From the NCBI GenBank assembly GCA_965205975.1, contig OZ242195.1:5312001-5376000 (forward strand): DNA of 64,000 bases, in the 5' to 3' direction. A program made the translations under genes and the position numbers. This DNA comes from Candidatus Latescibacterota bacterium. GTDB taxonomy: Bacteria; Latescibacterota; UBA2968. The number at the start of each line of letters is the position of its first letter. The first letter of the stretch is position 1. A model generated the notes under the pieces. That model worked only from the letters and a program-made list of their open reading frames with translations. It made no database searches and was not told where the DNA came from. Positions 50,210-59,934 of the stretch are shown here, piece by piece.

Positions 50210-50218
50210 CTCCTTTTT

Positions 50219-51337
50219 TTAGAAATACGATGCAATCGAAAAGAAGAGGCGTCCAATGCCATCGCCTTTGTCGCCATTTGCTGGCGTTTTATAGGTGGTG
50301 TTGTAGTCCAGCTTGAAAGCCGTGTCTTCAACGGGGCGGAAGTTCAAACCGAAGGTGATCCCGTATTCCGAATCGCCACTTACCGAGGTATCAAAATCGA
50401 CCCAGTCCCAGCGTGCGACGGCTGTGAACACGGATTCTGATAAGAAATGATCGTGCCCAAAATGAAGGTTGGTTTGTGCATAAGCACCGCGCTGGTCGCC
50501 GTTAAATCCATCGGCGGTGGCCTGTCCGTATTCGCCCTGAAGTTCAAAGGGTCCCTGTGTAAATTGCGCGTCGGCACCGAAGATGGAGAGGCGGTTGTTG
50601 TCCGCATCGTCGTATTTGCCCGTGTGGAAAGACGCGCCGAGGTCAATGCCCAGGCGCGGGCTAAAGCCGAATCTTCCGACGAGTGCTTTGTCGTGGTTGT
50701 TGTCCGTTTTTTGGCTGCCTCGTCCGCTTCGAATGCGGAGTTTGCCGCCGGAGTTGACTTTTTCGTTGAATCCGTTGACGAGATAGATTTCATAAGTTGC
50801 TACGGAGAGTTCAGAGGGATAAAAGGTGCCAAAGAAGCCCATTCCCGCTTCCGAGAGGGTGGATGGCATGATCTGACGGTTCACGGTGGGGCGTTCAGTC
50901 AGGTCGTTGAGCGGGCTGTCGTGCAAGAGGTTAAAACGTCCGAGTGGGGAGAGGATGACACCGCCCCGATAGTTGAAGGCTTCTGTAAAGGTGAAGTCCA
51001 TGATGGCGAATTCGAGTTTGATTTCGCCATCGGTGTTGCTGCTGCCTTTGACGAGACCGCCGTGCTCAAATTCAATTTCGCATGAAACGTGAATTCGGTC
51101 GGTGATTTCCGAAAAGATGAAGGGGATGAAACGGTGCTGGTCAAAGGTGCTGTCTTTTCCTTCTGTCCACTCAAATTCGTGGTCAATATATCCGCCGATA
51201 GCTACATTTCTGCCCATGCGTTTGATATAGGGTTTGTCGTATATACTGCCGGGCAATTCGGGTCGTTTGTCTTCTTCGGCTATGATGGGTAGTGCGAGTG
51301 TGAGAGATAAGAACGAAGCGAGCAGTTTGAAGCGCAT
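50219..51337 (-). CDS. Outer-membrane porin-like beta-barrel
   Basis: Signal peptide, EIEFEH, GRFNLLH, FKLDY, C-terminal Phe. Confidence 0.75.
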   Translation of the reverse strand: MRFKLLASFLSLTLALPIIAEEDKRPELPGSIYDKPYIKRMGRNVAIGGYIDHEFEWTEGKDSTFDQHRFIPFIFSEITDRIHVSCEIEFEHGGLVKGSSNTDGEIKLEFAIMDFTFTEAFNYRGGVILSPLGRFNLLHDSPLNDLTERPTVNRQIMPSTLSEAGMGFFGTFYPSELSVATYEIYLVNGFNEKVNSGGKLRIRSGRGSQKTDNNHDKALVGRFGFSPRLGIDLGASFHTGKYDDADNNRLSIFGADAQFTQGPFELQGEYGQATADGFNGDQRGAYAQTNLHFGHDHFLSESVFTAVARWDWVDFDTSVSGDSEYGITFGLNFRPVEDTAFKLDYNTTYKTPANGDKGDGIGRLFFSIASYF

Positions 51338-51703
51338 GTTTTTCTCCTGTGTAAAACACAAGACTATTCAAAGTGGGTTGACATGGTGCGTGGAATACCC
51401 TACTTTGAATATGAGTTGTGCTTTTGGTGTGACTCAGACCATCTTCCGCCGGGCTGGCAGGCTCTTGAAACGGGAGGTGGTCTTTTTTGTTTGGCGGTCT
51501 ATAAAATTGTTTTACTAATAAAACAATCGCCCAATAAATAAAACAAATGTTGGGTATATGTCAACAAGTTTTTTTATTTTTTTCTCAAATTATGATAAGT
51601 CAGATTAATTTAACTTTGGCGATCAACTGAAAAGGGTTGAATTTTCGGGGCAAGTACCTATTATAGCGCAGTGTTTTTTCGATCTCAATGCGAGGAGAGT
51701 TAA

Positions 51704-52681
51704 ATGCCTGATAGATTAAAAGTCGCTGTGATTGGCGCGAGTGGCATTGGGCAGCACCACGCGCGATGGCACCATTTGTCGGGATCTCAGGTGGTGGCTT
51801 TTGTGGGTACTTCGGAAGCGTCGTGTGCAAAGACCCGGGAGCAATTGCAGGCGTATTTTGGATTTGATGGGCGCGCTTATACAGATGTGGCGCAGATGCT
51901 AGCGGCTGAACAGCCCGATGTGGTCGATGTTTCAAGTCCTTTTTATCTGCATAAAGAGCATGCAATTATGGCTCTGGAAAGCGGGTGCCATGTTGTGTGT
52001 GAAAAGCCTTTGTGCTGGGATGTGGGTAGGGATTTGGACGATATTTTGGCAGATGGACGGGCTGTGGTGCGTGCGGCGGATCAGGCGGGTAAGTCTCTGG
52101 TGATGTCCGCACAATATCCCGCGGGGATTTCAGTTTATCGCGATTTTTACACGCGTGTGCGAGGGACATGGGATGCTATTGAATCGCTTGAGATGGAGAT
52201 GGAGGTGAAGGGGCGCGGGGGACCAAAGGCGCGGGAGGATATCTGGATTGATGTGGCTTCCCATCCGTTGAGTTTGGTTCTGGGGTTTTTGCCAGGGGGA
52301 GAAATCGATTGGGCAACGGCTTCGTGTGCAATAGGCGAGCGGGAAAATCGCGCGAGTTTTGAGGTGATTACACCTACAGGACGATGCGATGTGCGGTTTG
52401 TTTTGCGCGATATCGATGAGGGGGTTCCCGTGCGGCAATTTGGCGTCAATGGCTTTTTGGTGAATTGGGAGGGGTTTGCCGATGATGAGGGTATTTATCG
52501 CGCGCGATTGGTCCATGGAGACCAGGCTGTGATTTGCCGCGATTTTATGCATATTTTAATCGATGAATTTGGCGAGCATGTACGAGGGGAAGGTGGACGG
52601 GTTGTTGTTTCTGGTGCGGATGCGTTGAAGAATTTGCAGTATCAAATTGCCCTGTTAAAGCAGGCGGATTGGTCTGTATGA
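51704..52681 (+). CDS. Gfo/Idh/MocA family oxidoreductase
   Basis: VAVIGASGIG, HVVCEKP, DVASH. Confidence 0.82.
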   Translation: MPDRLKVAVIGASGIGQHHARWHHLSGSQVVAFVGTSEASCAKTREQLQAYFGFDGRAYTDVAQMLAAEQPDVVDVSSPFYLHKEHAIMALESGCHVVCEKPLCWDVGRDLDDILADGRAVVRAADQAGKSLVMSAQYPAGISVYRDFYTRVRGTWDAIESLEMEMEVKGRGGPKAREDIWIDVASHPLSLVLGFLPGGEIDWATASCAIGERENRASFEVITPTGRCDVRFVLRDIDEGVPVRQFGVNGFLVNWEGFADDEGIYRARLVHGDQAVICRDFMHILIDEFGEHVRGEGGRVVVSGADALKNLQYQIALLKQADWSV

Positions 52682-53427
52682 GTGCGCGTTCAGACATTGG
52701 GGTGGTGATTACCGCGCACAATTACGGTCATTATCTCGCCGCGTGTTTGGAATCGGTTTTGTCACAGACGCTTTTGCCCCGTCAGGTACTGGTGGTTGAC
52801 GATGCGAGTGAAGACAATACGGCAGATGTTGTCGCATCATTTTCCGATGTACAGTATTGTCGCGTGGATTTTCGCAATGGCAACCGCGCTCGGAATTTTG
52901 GGTTTTTGAAGGTTTCGACTGCTTATGTTGCGTTTTTCGATGCGGATAATGTGATGATGCCGCGCTTTTTAGAGGTGCTTTACTGTGCGTTGCAAGAGGT
53001 TCCCCACGCGGCTTATGCTTATGGCGATCGCATTGTGTTTGCCGATGGCGATTTACAGCAGGGTGATCGCGAGGTGTCTGGTCCGTTTGATGTGCGGCGA
53101 TTGCGCGCTGGAAATTATATCGATCTCGCCGCGGTGATTCGAGCTGATAGTTTTCCCGGATTCGATCCCGCTGTGCGCCGATATCAGGATTGGGATTTGT
53201 GGCTGAATATCGCGCTTAAACAGGGGGGAATCGGGCAGTATGTGCCCGAGGCATTATATTATTATCGGGTGCATCCGCACAGTGTAAGCCAGCGCGAAGA
53301 TAGGGATCGGGCGATGTGGCGTATTCGCAGAAAATACCATCTCGGATGGGGCGCGCTACCCCTGCTGCGCCATTCTTTCAAGCTCTATCAATTCGCGCGG
53401 AAGACGAAGTCGTTTTGGACGGGGTGA
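52678..53427 (+). CDS. Glycosyltransferase family 2
   Basis: VVITAHN, VVDDASED, FFDADN, QDWDLWL, YYYRVH. Confidence 0.9.
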   Translation: MSARSDIGVVITAHNYGHYLAACLESVLSQTLLPRQVLVVDDASEDNTADVVASFSDVQYCRVDFRNGNRARNFGFLKVSTAYVAFFDADNVMMPRFLEVLYCALQEVPHAAYAYGDRIVFADGDLQQGDREVSGPFDVRRLRAGNYIDLAAVIRADSFPGFDPAVRRYQDWDLWLNIALKQGGIGQYVPEALYYYRVHPHSVSQREDRDRAMWRIRRKYHLGWGALPLLRHSFKLYQFARKTKSFWTG

Positions 53428-53541
53428 GCGGTTGGAGGGAACTTCTGATCGCTGCCATCTTGACATGATGCGGTGTAGGCGTTACTTTTTCCGGGTGTGT
53501 ACATATATTTAATAAAGGCATTTAGAAAAGTGGAGATTGCC

Positions 53542-56343
53542 ATGTCATTCGATATTGCTGCTATTGCAAATGCCGATTATATCGACGCGATGTATGAGAA
53601 ATACAAACAAGACCCAGATCTGGTGGATGAAAGATGGCATATATTTTTTGCGGGTTTTGATTTGGGGTTGCAACGCGATGGCGCCGACATGACTTCAGAA
53701 CCGTCAGGTGAAAGTCAGACTGAGGAAGATGTCATGGCGTTTCTCGATGCTTATGACTCTTTGGAAGATTACGCACGCACGGATTTAGCCCGGCTTCAAG
53801 GGGCTATGGCTCTGGTCAATGCGTATCGCACCTGGGGGCACATGATCGCCGATATTGCGCCGATGAGTTATACGCGCCCACCGTATCCGCTGTTGGAGTT
53901 GTCCGAATACGGCTTTACAGAAGAGGATCTGGACTACGAAGTCGGAAATGGCGGATTTCTCGGTCCTACGGATGGTACGTTGCGCGATCTCGTGACAAAG
54001 CTCAGGCAAACTTACTGCGGTTCTGTGGCGGTAGAATATACCGATATTCCGTATAAGAGCCAGCACGAGTGGCTGGAACAGCGCATGGAGCCGATATTAA
54101 ATCGGCCAAAATTTAGCGCGGAACAATGCCGAGACCTGCTGAGACAATTGATCGAGGCACAGGAATTTGAACAATTTTTGCATGTTAAATATATCGGCAG
54201 AAAGCGATTTTCTATTGAAGGCGGCGAGGTACTTATCCCGATGTTGCACGCGCTTATTGAAATGGGAGCTGCGTTAAATGTTCAGGAAATGGTGATGGGG
54301 ATGGCGCATCGGGGCAGGCTCAATGTGCTCTCGCATATTATGCAAAAACCCTATCCTGAGATATTCAGTGAATTTGAGGGCGTTGAGGTGGGGCGCTCTG
54401 AGGGGTCGGGCGATGTAAAATACCACATGGGGTTCGCCCATGAGTATGTCACGCGCGATGGTCACACGGTGCATTTGGGTTTGACGCCCAATCCGAGTCA
54501 CCTCGAATTGGTCAATCCCGTGATTGAGGGCATTGTTTGCACAAAGCAAGAGACAAAAGGCGATGTTCAGCACGAGCATATCGTACCATTGATCATTCAC
54601 GGCGATGCCGCTTTTGCCGGGCAGGGCATTGTGCCTGAGACGATTTGCTTGTCCCATCTGGATGGCTATGATAATGGGGGTACGATTCACATTGTTGTGA
54701 ATAACCAGATCGGTTTTACTGCGTTGCCCCGGGAGTCCCGTTTTACAGCGTATCCAACAGATGTGGCGAAGATTGTTAAGATGCCCATTTTTCACGTCAA
54801 TGCCGATGATCCCGAAGCTGTGGTACACGCGGCGCGTACGGCGATGGCTTATCGCCAGGCGGTGAAAAATGATGTGATTATCGACCTGTGGTGTTATCGC
54901 CGATATGGCCACAATGAATCCGATGATCCAGCTTTTACACAGCCCCTGCAATCTGCTGAAATCGCCGGGCATCCAACGGTTGTCGATCTGTATTCGAGGC
55001 GTTTGATTGAGCAAAATATCGCAACAGAAGATGATGTCGATGCGATGAAGCAGGCTGTGCGCGAGAAACTCGAGGCGGCATTTGTCGATGCGAAAAATCA
55101 AAAGACAAAACCGCGCGAGCCAACATTTGGGGGCGCGTGGAAGGGGTTTGGGAAGGCGGGCGCAGATCGCACGGCAAAAACCGCGGTGAGCAGAGAGATA
55201 TTGATTGATATTGCCGAAAAGGCGACGACGGTGCCTGCGGAATTTAACGCTTATCGCAAATTGATGCGCCAACTCGATTACCGCATGCAAATGGTCCACG
55301 GCAAGGTGGGTATAGACTGGGGCTGCGCGGAGATGCTCGCATTTGGCAGTTTGTTGGTCGATGGGTTCCCGGTGCGATTGGCCGGGCAAGATTCTCAGCG
55401 GGGGACATTTAGCCACAGGCAAGCGGTGTGGCACGATATCGAAAATGGCGCGATTTATTCACCGCTGAACCATCTATCGGATGATCAGGGTGGTTTCAGG
55501 GTCTATAATACGATGCTTTCGGAATTGGCGGTGCTGGGCTTTGAGTTTGGCGTGAGTTATGCCAATCCCAATAAATTGACGATCTGGGAGGCCCAGTTTG
55601 GCGATTTTGCCAATGGCGCGCAGATGATTATCGATCAGTTTATTTCCAGTTCTGAGGCCAAATGGCAAAAGATGAGCGGGCTGGTGATGCTGTTGCCACA
55701 CGGGTTTGAAGGCCAGGGGCCAGAGCATTCGAGCGCGCGGTTAGAACGTTTTCAAGCATTGTGTGCCGAAGACAATATGCAGGTGGGCTGTCCCACGTTG
55801 CCCGCGCAGTATTTTCATTTGCTGCGTCGCCAGATGCTGCGCGCATTTCGCAAGCCTCTCGTTTTGATGATGCCAAAGAGTTTGTTGCGGCTCAAAGAAT
55901 CAACCTCAACGCTCGAGGATTTGTCCGAGGGGGCGTTTTATCCCGTTTTAGACGATCCCGCACAGCCCGATCCCAGTGGGGTGAAGCGCGTTGTTTTTTG
56001 TACGGGAAAGGTTTTTTTTGATCTTAAAGAAGGGCGGGACAAAAAGGGCGAGGAACGGCTCGCACTGGTGCGGATTGAGGAGCACTATCCCTTTCCGTGG
56101 GATGAGGTGGGTGCTATACTTGAAAAATACGGCGATGCGGATATTTTTTGGGGACAAGAAGAGCCGCAAAATATGGGTAGTTGGGATTTTATGGAGCCAA
56201 AACTCCGCCGATTGCTCGATAACAAAGAGCCAGTGCGCTATCTGGGACGAAAGCCCACGGCTGCAACGGCCACGGGTATTCAGTCGGTGCATTTGGCCGA
56301 ACAGCAAGAGATCGTGGAGATGGCTTTACGAATAGACGAATAG
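53542..56343 (+). CDS. sucA: 2-oxoglutarate dehydrogenase E1
   Basis: GMAHRGRLN, GDVKYH, HGDAAFAGQG, WEAQFGDF, GPEHSSAR. Confidence 0.96.
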   Translation: MSFDIAAIANADYIDAMYEKYKQDPDLVDERWHIFFAGFDLGLQRDGADMTSEPSGESQTEEDVMAFLDAYDSLEDYARTDLARLQGAMALVNAYRTWGHMIADIAPMSYTRPPYPLLELSEYGFTEEDLDYEVGNGGFLGPTDGTLRDLVTKLRQTYCGSVAVEYTDIPYKSQHEWLEQRMEPILNRPKFSAEQCRDLLRQLIEAQEFEQFLHVKYIGRKRFSIEGGEVLIPMLHALIEMGAALNVQEMVMGMAHRGRLNVLSHIMQKPYPEIFSEFEGVEVGRSEGSGDVKYHMGFAHEYVTRDGHTVHLGLTPNPSHLELVNPVIEGIVCTKQETKGDVQHEHIVPLIIHGDAAFAGQGIVPETICLSHLDGYDNGGTIHIVVNNQIGFTALPRESRFTAYPTDVAKIVKMPIFHVNADDPEAVVHAARTAMAYRQAVKNDVIIDLWCYRRYGHNESDDPAFTQPLQSAEIAGHPTVVDLYSRRLIEQNIATEDDVDAMKQAVREKLEAAFVDAKNQKTKPREPTFGGAWKGFGKAGADRTAKTAVSREILIDIAEKATTVPAEFNAYRKLMRQLDYRMQMVHGKVGIDWGCAEMLAFGSLLVDGFPVRLAGQDSQRGTFSHRQAVWHDIENGAIYSPLNHLSDDQGGFRVYNTMLSELAVLGFEFGVSYANPNKLTIWEAQFGDFANGAQMIIDQFISSSEAKWQKMSGLVMLLPHGFEGQGPEHSSARLERFQALCAEDNMQVGCPTLPAQYFHLLRRQMLRAFRKPLVLMMPKSLLRLKESTSTLEDLSEGAFYPVLDDPAQPDPSGVKRVVFCTGKVFFDLKEGRDKKGEERLALVRIEEHYPFPWDEVGAILEKYGDADIFWGQEEPQNMGSWDFMEPKLRRLLDNKEPVRYLGRKPTAATATGIQSVHLAEQQEIVEMALRIDE

Positions 56344-56426
56344 ACGAATAGACGAATAGACGAATGGAAATACATGCTGGTTTTGGGTGGGTGGGGTTCG
56401 TTGATTCGTTGATTCGTTGATTCGCT
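56329..56426 (+). repeat. Dispersed octamer-bracketed element, copy C
   Basis: (CGAATAGA)4 CGAATGGAAATACATGCTGGTTTTGGGTGGGTGGGG(TTCGTTGA)3TTCGCT. Confidence 0.88.
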
Positions 56427-56453
56427 TGTAGTTGCTTTTAAGGAGGCGCGTAC

Positions 56454-57659
56454 ATGCCTGTTGATGTGGTTTTGCCCGAATTGGGAGAGTCGGTGACCGA
56501 TGCCATTCTGGTCGAGTGGTTGAAATCGGATGGCGAGGCCGTGACGGTGGATGAACCTTTGGCGGTTATTGAAACGGATAAAGCCGATGTCGAGTTGCCC
56601 GCGCCTTCGGCGGGTGTGTTGCATACACTGAAGGCCGATGGGGATACGATTGAGGTCGGCGAGACCATTGCCACAATCGATGAGGATGGCAAAGCCGTTT
56701 CAAAGGTTGAAGTATCGGAGAAGGTCGATACGCCTGTAGAGGCCGATGGTTTGAGTCCGGCAGTGCGTCGGTTGGTGACAGAGCACGATCTCGATCCCAC
56801 GGCGATTACGGGTACGGGGAAAGACGAGCGGTTGACCAAAGAAGATGTGCTGGCGTATCTCGATTCAGGGGCCGATCCGCCCGTTTCTGAAACTGATGAA
56901 GAGCCACAAAAGGCACAAAAATCACAAAAGGTCTCAGCACCGGCTCTCGCTTCTTCCAGCGAGAGCGAGCGGCGCGAGCCTATGAGCCATATTCGTACGC
57001 GCATTGCCGAGCGTCTGGTTTCTGCACAGCAGACAGCGGCGATGTTGACGACGTTTAATGAAGTAGATATGAGCGGTATTTTTGATTTGCGCGCGAAATA
57101 CAAAGAGATGTTTGCAGATGTACACGGCATATCCCTGGGTTTGATGTCCTTTTTTGTTCGCGCCTGTGTTATTGCTTTGCAGGAATATCCCGATGTCAAT
57201 GCCAGTATCGATGGTTCTGATATTGTCTATCGCGATTATGTCAATATGGGTATTGCTGTGGGTACTGATCGCGGTCTTGTCGTGCCTGTTTTGAAGTCGG
57301 CAGAGCGCATGTCTTTTGCCACTGTTGAGTCTGAAATTAAGCGCGTGGCGCTCTCTGCGCGAGAAGGCAAGTTGGGGTTGGATGAGTTGAGCGGGGGCAC
57401 GTTTACAATTACCAATGGCGGGGTGTTTGGGTCGCTGTTGTCAACGCCTATTCTCAATCCGCCTCAGACGGGTATTTTGGGTATGCACGCGATTCAGAAT
57501 CGGCCCGTTGCCGTGGGGGATGAGGTGGTTGTTCGCCCGATGATGTATCTGGCATTGACTTATGATCACCGCCTGATTGACGGTCAGACTTCGGTCACAT
57601 TCCTGGTTCGCGTAAAAGACTTGCTTGAAGATCCCGCGCGTATGATGCTGGAAGTGTGA
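56454..57659 (+). CDS. sucB: Dihydrolipoyllysine succinyltransferase E2
   Basis: Lipoyl [23 protein letters not shown]. Confidence 0.95.
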   Translation: MPVDVVLPELGESVTDAILVEWLKSDGEAVTVDEPLAVIETDKADVELPAPSAGVLHTLKADGDTIEVGETIATIDEDGKAVSKVEVSEKVDTPVEADGLSPAVRRLVTEHDLDPTAITGTGKDERLTKEDVLAYLDSGADPPVSETDEEPQKAQKSQKVSAPALASSSESERREPMSHIRTRIAERLVSAQQTAAMLTTFNEVDMSGIFDLRAKYKEMFADVHGISLGLMSFFVRACVIALQEYPDVNASIDGSDIVYRDYVNMGIAVGTDRGLVVPVLKSAERMSFATVESEIKRVALSAREGKLGLDELSGGTFTITNGGVFGSLLSTPILNPPQTGILGMHAIQNRPVAVGDEVVVRPMMYLALTYDHRLIDGQTSVTFLVRVKDLLEDPARMMLEV

Positions 57660-57680
57660 TCCGCAGATGACGGATAAACC

Positions 57681-57706
57681 GTAGGGGCGATCCCTCGTGG
57701 GCGCCC
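57681..57706 (+). repeat. GTAG-type REP-like hairpin
   Basis: GTAG-GGGCG-ATCCCTCGTGGG-CGCCC between sucB and lpdA. Confidence 0.55.
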
Positions 57707-57736
57707 GAATTTTTTACCGATTTTGAGGAGCCTCTC

Positions 57737-59122
57737 GTGGCAGATAATACATTCGATCTCATTGTTATTGGTGCCGGTCCGGGAGGGTATGTCGCGGCGA
57801 TTCGTGCGGCGCAGTTGGGCATGCGCGTGGCATGTGTTGAGAAACAGGCGTTGGGTGGCACATGTCTGAATGTGGGCTGTATTCCGAGTAAAGCCCTTTT
57901 GGAATCGAGTGAGTTGTTTCATCAGGCAGAGTCTTCGTTGGGTATTCACGGTGTGAAGACCGGTGGTGTGGAACTGGATTTGAAGGGTATGATGAAGCGC
58001 AAGTCCGGTATTGTGCTGAGGATGACGGGTGGTATTCGCGGTCTGTTTCGCAAGAATAATGTGACGCATATTGCGGGGCTGGGGCGGTTGGCTGGCGATG
58101 GAAAGGTCGATGTTGAGGGGGATATTTATTCGGCAGAGCGCATTTTGATCGCTACGGGTAGTTCTGCTATTGAGTTGCCCAATTTGCCTTATGACGGTGA
58201 GTATGTGATTAGTTCTACCGAGGCGTTGGCACTGGATGAGGTGCCCGAGAAGATGATTGTTATTGGCGCAGGTGCGATCGGTCTCGAGCTGGGGTCGGTG
58301 TGGCGTCGTCTGGGTGCAGAGGTGCATGTGGTGGAATTTTTGGATGGGATTACGCCGACGATGGACCGCGAATTGTCCCTCGGTTTGCAGAAGGTGCTGG
58401 AGAAGCAGGGGCTGAAGTTTTCGTTTGAGACGCGCGCGGAGTCGGCCGAGGTTCGCGATGGGAAGGTGATTGTGACTCTCGCACAGGGCGATGAGACGAC
58501 CTCTGAGACATGTGACCGATTGTTGGTCGCTGTTGGGCGAAGACCAAATACCGATGGGCTGGGTGGCGAAGATGTGGGGTTGGAGATGGATGACCAGGGA
58601 CGCATTCTGGTCGATGACGTATTTGAGACAAATTTGCCCGGTGTCTATGCAATTGGCGATGTGATTCCCGGTCCGATGCTGGCGCACAAGGCAGAGGAAG
58701 AGGGTGTGGCTGCGGTGGAATATATGGCGGGGAAGGCGGGGCATGTGAATTATGACGCGATTCCCAATGTGGTGTACACGCATCCAGAACTGGCATCGGT
58801 GGGCTTGACAGAGGAGCAGGTTGTGGCGGATGGCATTCCCTATAAGGTGGGTAAGTTTCCAATAGCTGCCAATGGTCGCGCGCATACATTACAAGCGGTG
58901 GATGGACTGGTGAAGATTATTGCCCACGAAAAGACGGATCGCGTGTTGGGTATTCACATTTTGGCCGCACGTGCGTCCGATATGCTCGCCGAGGGGGTTC
59001 TGGCAATGGAATTTTCCGCGAGCGCAGAGGATATTGCGCGAACAATGCACGCGCATCCCACGCTTCCAGAGGCTCTGAAGGAGGCCGCGCTGAATGTGGA
59101 GGATGAGGCGATTCATATTTGA
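57737..59122 (+). CDS. lpdA: Dihydrolipoyl dehydrogenase
   Basis: GAGPGGY, GGTCLNVGCIPSK, HAHPTLPE. Confidence 0.96.
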   Translation: MADNTFDLIVIGAGPGGYVAAIRAAQLGMRVACVEKQALGGTCLNVGCIPSKALLESSELFHQAESSLGIHGVKTGGVELDLKGMMKRKSGIVLRMTGGIRGLFRKNNVTHIAGLGRLAGDGKVDVEGDIYSAERILIATGSSAIELPNLPYDGEYVISSTEALALDEVPEKMIVIGAGAIGLELGSVWRRLGAEVHVVEFLDGITPTMDRELSLGLQKVLEKQGLKFSFETRAESAEVRDGKVIVTLAQGDETTSETCDRLLVAVGRRPNTDGLGGEDVGLEMDDQGRILVDDVFETNLPGVYAIGDVIPGPMLAHKAEEEGVAAVEYMAGKAGHVNYDAIPNVVYTHPELASVGLTEEQVVADGIPYKVGKFPIAANGRAHTLQAVDGLVKIIAHEKTDRVLGIHILAARASDMLAEGVLAMEFSASAEDIARTMHAHPTLPEALKEAALNVEDEAIHI

Positions 59123-59323
59123 AAAAAGAGATTTCAAGCGGGGAGACCGCCTCAGCCGTCGATTGCGTCTGGTGGAACAGCAGATTGAAAAACTCTATGA
59201 AACTTTGTAAGTCATATTGTCAGTTATCCCGCTTTTAGTAATGGTTTTTACAAACGCTTGTTAAGAAAAAAAATACCGCAACAAACCGCTGCGGTGTTTT
59301 GTTTTTAGACTGTTTTGCCCCGT

Positions 59324-59629
59324 TTATTCCAGATCTTTGAGGGGTATTGAAAGGGCGTCTCGAAGGATTTTGCCGGGTTTGAACCCGACTTTGCGTCGCG
59401 CAGGCACATAGACTTCTTCACCCGTTCGGGGATTGCGTGCGCGAGGACGGGCATTGGTGCGTTTGACTTCCCAGCTTCCAAAGCCTCGAATTTCGATCCG
59501 TTCACCTTCGATGATGGCTTCTGCAAGAGTTTCAAAGAGTACATCTACAGCCTGTTTCGCCATCGTGTTTTTGCAATCAATTTCATCTGAAAGTATTTTT
59601 GCCAGGTCTGCTTTGGTTATGGTTTGCAC
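59324..59629 (-). CDS. HU/IHF family DNA-binding protein
   Basis: TKADL, IEIRGFG, ARNPRTGE, FKPGK. Confidence 0.92.
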   Translation of the reverse strand: MQTITKADLAKILSDEIDCKNTMAKQAVDVLFETLAEAIIEGERIEIRGFGSWEVKRTNARPRARNPRTGEEVYVPARRKVGFKPGKILRDALSIPLKDLE

Positions 59630-59769
59630 TCGTTACCCCTCCACAAAAAATACCAAACGCATTGAACAATTTTATAAAATAAGGCGTTTCAGGCGATTAT
59701 CCAGAAAATAATAAAGTGATTTTTCACAAAAAAACGGCGACCTCGCTGGATGGCCACCGCGATGATTTA

Positions 59770-59846
59770 TGGTGGGCGCACAGGGACTCGAACCCCGGAC
59801 CAACGGATTATGAGTCCGTCGCTCTAACCAACTGAGCTATGCGCCC
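59770..59846 (-). tRNA. tRNA with CAT anticodon (probably tRNA-Ile2; elongator Met not excluded)
   Basis: GGGCGCATAGCTCAGTTGGTTAGAGCGACGGACTCATAATCCGTTGGTCCGGGGTTCGAGTCCCTGTGCGCCCACCA; paired 1-72 so not initiator. Confidence 0.9.
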
Positions 59847-59934
59847 CAAATTCAGTTTGACTAATTTAACCTGAGAAGGAAAGATAAGGAATAACAATGA
59901 GTTGTGCAACTGAAAATTGGATACCTTATGAAAG

